Source: Octopus bimaculoides
Lineage: Eukaryota
Assembly (NCBI RefSeq): GCF_001194135.2
Contig: NC_068983.1
Location: 110,271,254 to 110,335,253, forward strand
Direction of reading: 5' to 3'
DNA length: 64,000 nt
Positions 1 to 13,030 of the stretch are shown piece by piece. Made by a program: the position numbers and the translations under genes. The notes beneath the pieces are model-generated. The model made no database searches. It was not told the origin of the DNA and worked only from the letters and a program-made list of their open reading frames with translations. Positions within the stretch are counted from its first letter, which is position 1, and the number at the start of each line of letters is the position of its first letter.

Positions 1-2250
1 TCCTAGTTCTTCTGTCTAGCTTTGCTAATTCAGTTTTTGTCCAATCTACAAGACCTTCTGAGTATCTAAGTAATCATACTGCCCAAGTATTTACAGCCTT
101 CACTAGATTCAAATAATTTACTTTTAACTTCATTAGCTTCCTAACACTTCTGATGTACTCTTTCTCAATATTCATTTTCATTTCTGTAGTTAGTACACTG
201 TCAGATTCTAATACCCGTAGATACTTATAACTCTCTCTTCCTTTCAATGATTTTAATGTTTGGCCGTCTGGTAATTGGATGCCTTCGCTGTTGACTACCT
301 GTCCCCTTCTCATGACTAATATTGCACACTTATCCGTGCCCAATTCCATTCCTGTATCTTTATTGAAAAGTCTTACAGTCTGTATTAAGGAATCTATCTA
401 TTTTTCATTCTTACTCAAGAGCTTCAGATTATTCATGTAGAGCAAATGGTTAATTGTTCCATTAGTATTTCTGAACCGATACCCTGCCTTAATATTAACC
501 TGATGGGGATGAAACATAAGACAAATATTAAAGGGGACAACGAGTTTCCCTGGAAAATTCATCTTTTGATATTAACTTTCCATAAGAGTGGGTCACCTGA
601 GTAGAGATCTACTTTCTATTTCTTCATGCTAAAGCTAATTAATTCTCTAATGTTGTCTGCTATACTGAATATACTCAAACATTCACTTACCGATGAGTGT
701 GGGATCAGGTCATAGGCTTTCCTATAATCTACCCATCTTTTACACTTAGAACTACTTTGTCTGCATATAATAGACCATGCGTTCCTCTAGCCTTCTTCCT
801 GCTACTTTTTTGTTCTTCTGGTCGTAATTTCTGGTTGTCAAGGTGTTCTTCCACACTAATGGTAAGCCAGTGATTGGTCTATAGTTGCTAGCTGTATACC
901 TTTGTTCTTATCCTTCGTAATGAGTGTTGCGTTTCCTCTAGTCATCCAGTCTGGTATTTATAGTAATCCTGAAGTTGTTCCCCCACCTACCTATGTAAAC
1001 AAATGAATTTCCTTAGTCCATGCCCTTGAACTAAATTTGTCCTGGGCCCTTCCAATTCGGCATTTTTTTGTAACACTTTATTCATTAATGTACTAGTTAA
1101 TCTTAGATCTGGCTGCTTCTCACTCACTACTTCTTCCTTCACTTTCTTTAACCATACTGCATCTCCATTATTACTAACTGGTTTATCCCAAATATTGCTC
1201 CAGAACTTTTTAGCTTCCTCTGCATTAGGTTTCTCATCTCCAGTACTTCGTTCTTCACTATTTATTTGGTTATAAAATCTCCTCTAGTCTGTCTCAAATA
1301 ATCTATTCAGTTGATACTGATCTATTCTTTTCTGATATCTGGAGAGCTTGCCTGCTATTGCTATGATACGCTGTTTCGACTCTTCTATTATTGTTCCAAA
1401 ATCCTTTCTCTTTGACTAAGTGTCTTTCCTCGAGGCAACATTTGCATCTTGTGTTTCCTAACATGCTTTTGTTCTACTCAGGTCTTGTCTTCAAGTCTTC
1501 CCTTTATTTTGTAGTCTCCTTTTTCACATTTACTCTTTTTTCATCTTTCCCTGTGAGATATCTAATCGTCTGGTTACTACTACACCTCCTGCATAGATCA
1601 CTATGTTAGTGTCTGCTATATTTTTAGTATCAATCTTACTGATAACAAAATTTACTTTCCTAGTCATTTCTTGTAACTTCCTTCTGTGTTTCCTAACTTG
1701 TTTCTCTTCCAGCCTTCTATTCCAGTCAGATCTTGTCTTAAAATCTTCACTTTATTTTGTAGTATCCTTTTCCACATTTGCTCTTTTTTAATATTTCCCT
1801 TTGAGACATCTAATCTTCTGGTGACTATTACCCTGCCCCAAACTGCATAGGTGCCTCTTATATTTTAAGTATCTATCCTACTGATAACAATCTACTTTCC
1901 TAGTAATTCCTAGCAGCTTCCTTCTGTTGGTGCCTTTCAATGCTGTCAATCTTTTTCTTACTTCTTTACTCATTACTTTCTGCAACTCATGTAAAATCTG
2001 TTTTTCCTTACTGAAATCACATATGTCGTTGGTGCCAGTTGTCACTTCCTTATTGGTAGCGTAATTATTATTTTTTCCTTTGGGTTCTTCTTTGTTTGAT
2101 TTGAATCTCTTATGTTGTCGTTTGTCTTTCCCACTGCCTGATCTATCTTTTCCAGTTTTCTTGTGATCTCTTCTACCTCCAATTCTGTCATCCACTTTCT
2201 TCTAAAGATATTAGCTTGATAAACTAATCTCTGCACAGTTACTTTAACAC
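1..2250 (-). mobile_element. R4/Dong-clade non-LTR retrotransposon, degenerate N-terminal region plus RT domain (frameshifts, stops; runs off the window start)
   Basis: Manual minus-strand translation gives, in order: QRLVYQANIFRRKWMTELEVEEI (~2160-2240), KPNAEEAKKFWSNIW (~1190-1240), PNWKGPG (~1040-1060), NYRPITCL (~865-890), DYRKAYDLIPHS (~700-730), IFQGNSLSPLIF (~525-565), HLLYMNNLKL (degenerate YMDD, ~417-446), then ORF 74..349 (ELGTDKCA...SYKYL). These match R4/Dong-type RT motifs. Confidence 0.88.
1449..1925. repeat. Diverged tandem duplication (~237-240 bp x2) inside the Dong element
   Basis: Units ~1449-1684 and ~1685-1925 share tgtgtttcctaac, tcttgtctt, ctttattttgtagt, atctaatc, ctgcatag and tactgataacaa...tactttcctagt in the same order. 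Confidence 0.85.
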
Positions 2251-2254
2251 AAAA

Positions 2255-3005
2255 AGGATTAAAAAGGAAGAAAGCGGGCAACAATGGTTGGCCGTCGAAG
2301 GATCCTAAGGTTTTGGGGGGTTTGGGTGAGAGACTCCGAATAAAGCGGAATAGCTCCACTCTCCCGATGTCAAGAAGAAAAGAAAAAAAGAAAGAAGAAC
2401 GGGTCATTGCAGGTAAACGATGATGTGCTGTCTGCATGTCCCGAAGGTCCGTAAGTGGGAGTTGTGCCACTGGCGGGGGAAGAGCCTTCGTCGGTGGGAA
2501 TTGTGCCCCCGACGGTGGAAGAAACGACCCCCACACTTATAGATAAATAATTACTTATCTTCTTGTACAAGGGCAGGGAGATGGAATAGTGGAGGAACAC
2601 AAAGAGACAGTAGATATGGCTTGCACGGGATCCCGAATGGCCTCCGCAGATAGCTGTGGAGGTCATAAGGTTTACTGTGTAGGAAAAGCTGAAAAGACTG
2701 AAAGAGGAATGTCGCATATGGCCGGGTGGCCCTAACATGACATATGCTTTGTACATGAATGAGGCATGAGAAATGGCGGGGTACGGGACCATAAGCAACA
2801 ATGAAGATAATGATGGATATATTGATGAGTAGGAGGTGATAAAGCCTCGTCAGTATTAAATAGTAGGAGGGTTTGAAACCTCAATCTATTTAATTTAAAT
2901 GCATTGTTTATAGTGGTTTAAAACCTCAATTGTGTGTGATTTAAAAAAAAACGTTAAGTAAGAGGTTTTAGTGCCTCCTTTTTGTAAGAGGTTTGAAACC
3001 TGATA
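2255..3005. mobile_element. Unclassified GC-richer repeat element abutting the truncated Dong 5' end, possibly the 5' part of a Penelope-like element
   Basis: Abrupt compositional shift to higher GC; minus-strand peptide MTRSSFFFSFLLDIGRVELFRFIRSL loosely resembles PLE N-termini; ends in five GAGG..CCTC hairpins. No diagnostic catalytic motif seen. Confidence 0.3.
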
Positions 3006-3167
3006 GTGATAAAAAAAAAAAACATGTTTTCGAGAAAAATCCAGTCAGTGTGTGTTGGGTTTCATCTCTCATCTATTCATTTTATTTCATTTTCATTCAT
3101 TAATGTGTTTGTCCAGCCCGCAGCTACTCTGTATACTACCTTTATGGCAAATAAAATGAAACAAAGT

Positions 3168-3292
3168 AGCTTGCTTACCAACCACATGGTTCCGGGTCCA
3201 GTCCCACTACGTCTTCAACTATAGCCTCGGAGTGATCAAAGCCTTCTGAGTACATTTGGTAGACGGAAACTGAAAGAAGCCCGTCGTATATA
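3168..3292 (+). mobile_element. tRNA-derived SINE, octopus-type family ending in ...gtagacggaaactgaaagaagcccgtcg, internally deleted
   Basis: Same family as 37626-37785 and 39043-39198 (shared ccacatggtt, tcttc.actatagcc.cgg, gtagacggaaactgaa); tail runs into (TA)n. Confidence 0.8.
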
Positions 3293-3308
3293 TGTATATA
3301 TATATGTG

Positions 3309-3802
3309 NNNNNNNNNNNNNNNNNNNNNNNNNNNNNNNNNNNNNNNNNNNNNNNNNNNNNNNNNNNNNNNNNNNNNNNNNNNNNNNNNNNNNNNNNNNN
3401 NNNNNNNNNNNNNNNNNNNNNNNNNNNNNNNNNNNNNNNNNNNNNNNNNNNNNNNNNNNNNNNNNNNNNNNNNNNNNNNNNNNNNNNNNNNNNNNNNNNN
3501 NNNNNNNNNNNNNNNNNNNNNNNNNNNNNNNNNNNNNNNNNNNNNNNNNNNNNNNNNNNNNNNNNNNNNNNNNNNNNNNNNNNNNNNNNNNNNNNNNNNN
3601 NNNNNNNNNNNNNNNNNNNNNNNNNNNNNNNNNNNNNNNNNNNNNNNNNNNNNNNNNNNNNNNNNNNNNNNNNNNNNNNNNNNNNNNNNNNNNNNNNNNN
3701 NNNNNNNNNNNNNNNNNNNNNNNNNNNNNNNNNNNNNNNNNNNNNNNNNNNNNNNNNNNNNNNNNNNNNNNNNNNNNNNNNNNNNNNNNNNNNNNNNNNN
3801 NN
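3309..3802. other. Assembly gap (N run). Other gaps: 9120-9477, 11092-11265, 12854-12886, 16389-16438, 21760-22319, 36072-36081, 39881-40121, 45482-45586, 52421-52644, 62092-62366
   Basis: Runs of n, mostly flanked by (TA)n, (CA)n, (TG)n, (TAA)n or (TCTG)n, typical of short-read scaffolding. Confidence 0.99.
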
Positions 3803-6800
3803 TATTTATGTACATACAAACATATATACACACATACACATACACACGCGCGCACACACACACACGCACGCACGCACACACACACGCACACACACACACC
3901 CACACCCACACACATGTATATCTATGAGATTTAAAAGAAAGTACTATCGCATTTTTGACACAACCGCTTTTTCAATACGTACAGTAAAATACCCATTAAT
4001 TTTATTTCCTTTCTTTGCAGACTACTTCATACATTACTGTTTAAATTTGAATCGATTTTTGCCTTTTAATATGAGTTTATATCACATCCGTGTCAGACAC
4101 TTCATGTTGTATGAATTCTAAGAGTGGGGATGGGTTTTCACCAACAGTACAGAAAGAAAGTTTGGTATGCCTACAGAAATGTAACTTTTAGTATCTCGAT
4201 ACGCCAACGATAGTTTCATCTGTTTCGTACTGGGAACTTCACTCTCACAGTTTACCCTCAATCTGGCGGACCAAGTTATGTCAATATGGAGCTGCAAAAC
4301 TGTAGATGAGGAATATTCAAAGCATGAAAATTACCAAAGTAGTTCAATAAATTCACATTTCTATAAATAAAAAAAAACACCTACACAAACTAGGAAATAT
4401 GTGAAAAGATTGTCACTGGGTTAATCATCATTTATCTGCTTCTCAGCTTAGCCAAAGGCTTCGTTGAAGGATAAACTTGCTACCGAAGCTTGCCTATATA
4501 GAGTAATCATAAGTGATAAAATGTTCCTATTTAGATAAACTATCTGTGATGCTTAATTTCTTGATATGCCAGAGCAACCTGATACAGTGTGGATAATTGC
4601 TTCGCCATATCATATATTCTAAATTTACTGCATCTTTTGGTTCTGGTAAGTTCTGTCGAGGAGGATTTGATTTTGTGTCACACCCAAATACCTTTCAGTC
4701 TCTAGTTTGACACTGCTTTTCTCAATTATCGTTCTAATTTTTTTGGTTTACTTCTACCCTGTTAACAAAACTTGTGATGTCTAGACATGGGGAGCTAAAT
4801 GTCAGTTAGGGATATAACTGAATCTATGATCTTCGTGTGCGAGTTGGAGTGTGTTGTTTAGAATATAAAGTGAGCTTAATTTCAAGGCTGGTCTCTAGTT
4901 ACAGAAAACTTGGCATTGAATTTGTTGTGTATAAAATTAGAGACGGTTGGTGAGGTCGACAGTGGTATAAATGGAGTTAATGTATTGATAGGCTTCGTGT
5001 ATATCTATGCACTTTGTGGTGAATCATTAACTTCTGCGTTTTTGGAAGACAGCTCCTCTGTATTGGTTCAACGATTATAATTGGAGGCGGATGGTTCATG
5101 ATTTTACGTAAGTCTCGGGATATTGCTCTTTATATGACATTTAATCACATCGGAGCGTAACAAGGGATTTGAGTTATCAAGACTTGAGTTAACACAATTA
5201 TTTCTGAAAAATCGCAATGTAAATTTTCTTGACCGCTATAGTTATTTGCAATATTATTTTTAGTGTTATCTTTGCAAGCTAATATTTATATGCGATACAT
5301 TTGCATATTTAATGTGTATTCTGTATGGACATTTGTAGCCTAAATAAAATTAAGTGGATCCAAAGCCGAGAGAATCTTAGTCATAAAACTGATTATCTAA
5401 GGGCTTCTGAAGTTTAAGAAGTCTAAAAATTATGGTATTTTCTGTTTTATTTTAGCATTTAATTTTTAAAATATTTAAGACGATCTTACTTTGCAAGGAT
5501 TTTTAATGGTGTATTAAATTCATTTATTGACGTTATTAGATATGTTTGTACCTAGTTTGCTGTTGAAATAGTTTAACACTTTAACTGGAAAATTTCCAAT
5601 ACGATATAATCAGTTATTTAAGCAGTAAAAATATATACAAAACGTTGTCGTGGTCTTGCTAATTTCATTCTTTTATTTAACATTTACTACATTTGTATTA
5701 TATTTTCACAAAGATAATATCAACAATCCAATACTAATATTTTATTTATATTTAGTTTTCTGACGATTCCATTACCTATTTTCTTTTTGGTTAAAAAGAA
5801 TTCCCGTAGTGATACAAATTAAAAAAAGCAATTTTTCAGTTCTCTTAGTAATATTAAATAACGCCGAGAGAACTGAAAAATAACCGTATTTTGAATATTC
5901 TTCCGTCTAAAAACATTCTTCTTCGTACTTACTGCTATGAAACTTAGACTCTGTCGCGTTTAAATAAATATATTCTTGACTACATGTTGCTTACCTTCCA
6001 CTATAACAAATTCTGATTGAGAAAAAATTGAAACATGTCTTACGAGTTGACAAAATTACTTTTACAGCAATGTTGGATAAATATCAAAAGCATTATAGTT
6101 TAATATTGTTCGCTTTATAGCATTTCTTTACTGTTTTAATATACTTTTACCATGTGATATTCAATGTCTTGATAGTATTTTAGCTTTAGTTTCTTGTGTT
6201 CACATACACAAACTACTTTCTATACGAAAGGGTAGACATTTCACTTAAAATGGCGGCTTCAATAGAAAAAGAAAACGAGAGAAACCGAGAGAAAGAGATA
6301 AGAAACATAACAAAAAAGAAAAAAAGGAAGTAGAAGATAAAGAAATGTGTTAGAATATTGAATTATATAAGATGGCAGGTTCGCTACATTCTGCAAATGA
6401 TATTCGGAATATAATTTTGTGCGAGTAGAATGAATGTTATAAAAAAGAAAGAAAAATAATATTCCCAGCAGACTGATGCATGAGGTAAGTGCTCCCGTCA
6501 GTTGATGTCAGAGTCCAACTAGAAACACTGAAGCTATCAAATTTGGGAATGTGTTGTAGTGAAGTGTAAAGATACGATACTGTCTCGAGAAACTTCATGA
6601 AAAATAAGTATATTCCTTTGATACATCAGTAAAAAAGAAAGGAGATATTCGGATTTTCATTTATTATGTCATTTTATACAGATGATTGCATCCGAAACCT
6701 ACATGAATTTGAAAGTTTGTAAAGGCTGTAGAATGCTTAATGTTGCAGAGACAAAGAAAGTTAAAGGAAACGAGTATATAGTATAACAATTCTATTAAAT

Positions 6801-7559
6801 AGTCAAATGTAATTATGTGGATGGAGCTATAACTTTGTATAAATTAAGACTTTGTTAACTGAATTAAAAGCAACCCCCCACAAAAAAATCCCTCTTATAT
6901 GAACATCATTATAAACTTGAATAGACAGAGTAAACGTAGTAATTTATACGCATTTGTTTCCCACCATAATTACAGGTAACTTTAAATATATAAAGGCAAT
7001 GATAGATTTACATTGAAGCTAATAATACGCTACTTTAATTGAAATGCTTCAGACTTGTAAGGGAGTCGTGGCATTCAACTTTGATACATACCTGAAGTAG
7101 AGCAGAATTAAAAAAATGTAAACTAATTTGTGATCTTCTGAAGATTATCTCACACTATGTGGTCTTCTGAAGATTATCTCCGACTATGTGTATAATCGCT
7201 AAAGGCTGCTTTATTCCTTATGAAGAAGGATGTCTTGTTTTTAATGCTAGCTTAATTGCACTCCGATCTTTAAGGGAAAAGGATATCAATGATGAAGGTT
7301 TAAAAATACCCATTAAAAACTAAACCAAAATGCCTCACATATCCAAACAGCATTGAAATGAAGGAGAGGGATCTGTTGCCAAAGTTTGAAAATGATAAAA
7401 ACGCATACAAGATTAAATTATCTAATGTAGCAATGAAAGAAATACTGTGAGAAGGTGCAGCTTATCTAACTGCTAGCAGTAACATTGTATACTCCACGAA
7501 AAAGGACTTAAAACAAATAAAAAGAACAAACATGCCAACAAACAACGAAAGTAGAAAGT

Positions 7560-8480
7560 CAGATTACAAAAGGAAATTAAATATCCATGAAGAGAAATAT
7601 CGATTGCTGATGAACCTTTGAAAGGAATAAATGTCAAATGTAGAAAAACGAGAAAAGTTAAAAGAATGTGCAAGATAGCATGAACAAAATATGTTTACTA
7701 TCAAGGAGACCCACAACTAACGAATACAAATCAAAACACAACGGTTAAGAACGTACAAAACAGAAGTAAAGTTTATAGAATAGAACAAGATTTTCGAAAC
7801 AGGTCCAAAGAAATGTTGTTACGAAACGGGGAGACAAGCAATTGAATTATATGATCCACCTACTTTGAATGTAGTTGAAGAATTTTGGAAGAACATCTGA
7901 TGTAGATGAAACATAAACAACAAGGAAGCAGGTTGGATCATCAGGGAAAATGAAAAGTGAAAGACCTGGAACATTAATAAAGGGTATAAATATGTAGACA
8001 GGCTAGAATCTACAGAATTAAAGCAAAGTCGAAGGGCCTTAAAATTCTAAAAGATTAAATAGCAACACAAATCTCTGCACGGCTAATATCAACTTCTCTC
8101 CAAAGAGGCGTATGTTGATCATCCGTAAACCTATCAGTGGCTGCAAAGTTAATGGTTCAAAGTAAAAAGAAAAAACAAAGAGATTAAATCTTAGTACTAA
8201 AAGGTAGAGCTTATTTACATGGAACTAAGAAGACAACACTCTCAAAAGATGAAGCAGATCTAAATCGCAGAGATGTGATGAACAAGTCAAGATAATAAAC
8301 TATATAATTTCTGGGCACTCCATCATGCGTTCAACCGAATATAAATCTAAGCAATGTTCGGATCGGCCTATATGTTTACCGGATGCTATTAAAACATTAT
8401 GGGGTAGAACCCACTAGAAAAAAGTTATGAACGTTATTTCCAGTTGTTTCTACACACTGAGTCTAAATTGCAATATTCCC
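7560..8480 (+). mobile_element. Old, internally deleted R4/Dong-type retrotransposon remnant
   Basis: Degenerate motifs NKIFETGPKK (~7782-7812), EEFWKNI* (~7876-7900), YQWL (~8133), and SG..S.(A)TEYKS.. after the zinc-knuckle position (~8310-8350), in the same order as in the other Dong copies. Confidence 0.55.
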
Positions 8481-8855
8481 GATGAAGACAATTGAAACAA
8501 CACTAAATTGAAGAGTAATCTGTTTATCGTATTAACTATATATGCACATTTCAAGACCATCATGCGGTGGGTTTTGTTCGAGAGAACATCTCTTCAGAGA
8601 GATGTTTCATTTTCTATATATCGAAGCACAAATTTAGTTTAAACAAATCACAAACAATTGTACGGCATTGACCATTCTCAACTTGAACGAATCGCATCTC
8701 TCACCTTCATGACTTATTGCTACATTGATGATCGCCTCACTCCAACGTGCGTTGTGCTTGTAGGATATTATAAATGAAGAGATTTTTCGCAGACACCTTC
8801 GACAGTAACACGTTTTTCAACGATCTATAAACCTTAAGAAAAAACGCTCACCCCT

Positions 8856-9058
8856 ACACACAGACACACACACACACACACACTCACACACACACACACA
8901 CACATACGTATATAATAGAGAATATCCCATTCCCAGTACACAGATACTCAGAGTTACTCGTGTCCGACCATCAGCTGGTAATCCAATCGTGCTCTTCTTT
9001 TGAAATAGTCACTTTGAATATTTTGAAACCTGAAATGAAAGTTCGAAGAAAACGTTTT

Positions 9059-9119
<61 letters not shown>

Positions 9120-9612
9120 NNNNNNNNNNNNNNNNNNNNNNNNNNNNNNNNNNNNNNNNNNNNNNNNNNNNNNNNNNNNNNNNNNNNNNNNNNNNNNNNN
9201 NNNNNNNNNNNNNNNNNNNNNNNNNNNNNNNNNNNNNNNNNNNNNNNNNNNNNNNNNNNNNNNNNNNNNNNNNNNNNNNNNNNNNNNNNNNNNNNNNNNN
9301 NNNNNNNNNNNNNNNNNNNNNNNNNNNNNNNNNNNNNNNNNNNNNNNNNNNNNNNNNNNNNNNNNNNNNNNNNNNNNNNNNNNNNNNNNNNNNNNNNNNN
9401 NNNNNNNNNNNNNNNNNNNNNNNNNNNNNNNNNNNNNNNNNNNNNNNNNNNNNNNNNNNNNNNNNNNNNNNNNNNNNATATATATATATATATATGCATA
9501 TATATTATATATATACATATATATGTATGTATATATATATATGCATATATATATATATATACATATACATACATAAACATCTACTTATGTTTATATACAT
9601 ATATACATATAT
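8856..9612. repeat. Microsatellite cluster (CA)n, (TA)n, (TG)n around a gap
   Basis: Direct sequence: (CA)n 8856-8904, (TA)n/(TG)n 9059-9119, TA-rich 9478-9612. Confidence 0.97.
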
Positions 9613-10884
9613 GTGTGCGAGCGCGGTAATTATTTATTTGTTAAATACAAAATCACATTAATTTTAAATGACTTCTTTGAAATTGATCCGAACATTCTTA
9701 TCCCTAAAGCTAGCATAAAATACTTTTCAGGCCTTACATTCTTTTATTAAATACCGGCTTTCCTGGAAACACTTAATGTGTGTTAAGAACTATTTAGGCA
9801 TTTAGTTTGAATTCTAACGGAATCCAATAATATGCCAGCAATGCTTTCTTTAAGTCATTTTCAAAAGTTTTTAGGAACATTTTACTCTGAGGTAAACACC
9901 AAGCAAAGTAATTTGCCTTGATCCCTTCTCGTAGAATTCTATTACAGTATTCTATTTTTAATGATGTTAAACAACTCCATTGTTCTTTTCTGTAAATTGA
10001 ATCATTGATAATGTTAAAGTTCGAAATTATTTAATTTCCCTCTATATGAAACAAATCAATGGTAAATATATCTAACAAATTGAATTTTGCTGAAGTAGTA
10101 ATCGCTTCCTACAATTTCGTTTTAATTGATTTTATTTTACACGAGAACAAATATTCAATGAATTATTCTTCATTTGGATATGTCAATATTCGTTTAGATT
10201 TCAACTGATGTGGTTGAATAAAAGTGACGTCTTTATAAGATACAATTGCATGCACACACGTAAACGCACGGGCGGATCCGTTATGTATATGTATGTACAT
10301 GTTTAAAGGTGTGTGAGCTTCTATGTGTATGTATACATATTTAGTCTATTGAATTGAATGTGCTGGCTAGAAGTTTTATGTTACTGTAGACGTGTACGTT
10401 ATTGTAAATCATTTTTATATGATCTTATCCACTGCGTAATATGAAATTAAAAAAGGAAGATAAAAATATTGCAACTCATATCAATGTATTCGAAAGAAGT
10501 AGCGCTGAATAAGTCAAGGATGAATGAAAAATGTATTGCAAAAGAGGAAATAGGAAATAAAAAGAAAATAAATGATGAATAAAAGTAGAAGCAGCCGTCA
10601 CGTCATTACGTATAGTAAAATGTTGCTTATCGAGGAAAACAGGAGATAAAGTTAATCAGATATTGACTTCCCTTCACTTCGAGTGAAATCAGCTCAATTT
10701 ACTTATTAATGTTTTGAGAACAAGTTACACAGCACACACACACGCACACACATGCACACACACACACACATTAATAACCACAAACGCAGAATGGATCACA
10801 ACAAATACAGAACCTGCTTGCTGAGCAGAAATGATGCTACATATAGCACGTATTTTATATCCTAACGCACAAAAGACGTTCAGA

Positions 10885-10894
10885 TATCTATCTG

Positions 10895-10943
<49 letters not shown>
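10885..10943. repeat. (TATC)n / GATA tetranucleotide microsatellite
   Basis: Direct sequence. Confidence 0.97.
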
Positions 10944-11055
10944 GTGTGCGTGTGCATCCGTGTGTATGCATAGACATGCAGATTCTTTTTTTCTTCACAG
11001 CGAATACATAACCATTAGCAAGCACTCATACATACATAAACACACAAATATGTAC

Positions 11056-11091
<36 letters not shown>

Positions 11092-12744
11092 NNNNNNNNN
11101 NNNNNNNNNNNNNNNNNNNNNNNNNNNNNNNNNNNNNNNNNNNNNNNNNNNNNNNNNNNNNNNNNNNNNNNNNNNNNNNNNNNNNNNNNNNNNNNNNNNN
11201 NNNNNNNNNNNNNNNNNNNNNNNNNNNNNNNNNNNNNNNNNNNNNNNNNNNNNNNNNNNNNNNNNTATATACGTATGTATGTGCGTACATACGTATGTAT
11301 GTATTGACTTTCTAAATCAATAATCTTTCAAGATGAAAGTTATAGCAAGTAGCAAGTAAAATTATGAAAAACATTCATATTAGCAAACTTCGATTAGATA
11401 TAATGCAGAATCCGGTAAATGTATGCTTACAATAATACATCTTGTATATTCGCCTGAATGCCTGAATTCATAAGACAGTAATGATACGAATCGTCTGCTT
11501 TCATGCTATCCAATAATAACGGTTCTATTTGTTTGTTTCGATATTCAATTAAAATGAAGAAAAAATGTAATTCGGAAGATCAAGTGTAACTTCTGTCCGT
11601 TTAAAGAACTCACTTTGTGACTAAGAATCGTTCCGACAAATTAGCGTGAAGACACTTACGTTACCATCCGATAGCAGTTTTAATAAAAGATGAAATAGAG
11701 ATAGATATGCTTGGGTTGAACTGCTATGCATTTTGAGTGAAAATAAAAGATAAATTCGATTTATTTTTGCAATTGATTTTTATTCTCAACTTATTTATTG
11801 TATGTTAAATTTTTTTTTGATACTATTCTTTCGACAATGATTTATTCTCTTAAAAGTCAGTAAATTACTACTGCAATATATATTTTTTTAATATGAGATT
11901 ATAGTAGATATAACTTTCGATTGTATAAGTATATTCTTGAATGAATCGTTTGCTTGATAAATGTATTATTCTTGGAAACGTTCACAGCAAATCACAATAT
12001 ACTTATTCTTGTAAAATGTTCCCCTATTATATTCTGATGAGTTGGAATGATGTGATATGAACTGTTAAGTAACTGAAGGTATTAATATAAGGTAATCTGA
12101 ACTAAATATTGAAATGTCATAACATATGTCTTAGCAAGCATGTTATACTAACTTATCTTGGTTAAATGTTGTGATCACAATTTCTGCTCACAGTGCTCTA
12201 CTTTGTGAAACATTATGCAACTGTCGAAGGCAATAAATAAAATTTATGATGGAAAATCAATATTCGTCTTTCCTTTCACTCGAAATGCATTTGGAAATGA
12301 ATCAGTACAAACGGATCAGAAAAAAATATCACTCTAGATACCTCTCTGAGAAAAAAAAAAATTCAATGATATCGCTGGGAGTTAACATATTGGTGTTCTT
12401 TAATTAGAAAGTTTGTTTATTTTTAGACATAATTTTTATTCAGACATGAAAATATCTCAGAATCTGACCACTTGCTTGGTTGAAAACTGATAATGCAAAT
12501 GTTTGTTTGCTAAAGTCAGTGTATAATGAAAACAAACTTATTCAACTAGACAATTTTTAATGGAAAACGATATCAATGATGAAGCTTAACAAAAATATAA
12601 TCGAGAATCCGGTAAATACTCTCTTTAAAAGAGTGGCAGAATATAGCTGTTTTGCACCTATTTGCAGATGGATATGAATTTTGGAACGAAGTTTGAAAAG
12701 ATTCTGCCTTTTATTTGCTATAAATCTTTTCAGTTTTTAAACAC

Positions 12745-12812
12745 TCACATGTATGTGTATATATGTATACATGCATATATTTATACATGCATATATGTAT
12801 ACATGCATATAT

Positions 12813-12853
<41 letters not shown>

Positions 12854-12886
12854 NNNNNNNNNNNNNNNNNNNNNNNNNNNNNNNNN

Positions 12887-12946
<60 letters not shown>

Positions 12947-13030
12947 GGTTTCTGTATATGTACATATTCATATGTATAAATATATATAACTATGTGTGAA
13001 TGTATATGTATGTAAATATACATACATATA
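12745..13030. repeat. Compound (TA)/(CA)/(TG) microsatellite spanning a gap
   Basis: Direct sequence; explains ORF-track entries 12662-13023. Confidence 0.97.

Noticed and set aside
2833-3002. CRISPR-like repeat-spacer pattern
   Set aside because: Repeats are only ~16 nt, divergent and irregularly spaced, in a eukaryotic context with no cas genes.
3175-4121. Long ORFs in the track (3175-4121; also 8954-9661, 21638-22468, 39876-40175, 45165-45663, 52352-52725, 62055-62452)
   Set aside because: Open only because they run through N-gaps and dinucleotide repeats; not coding.
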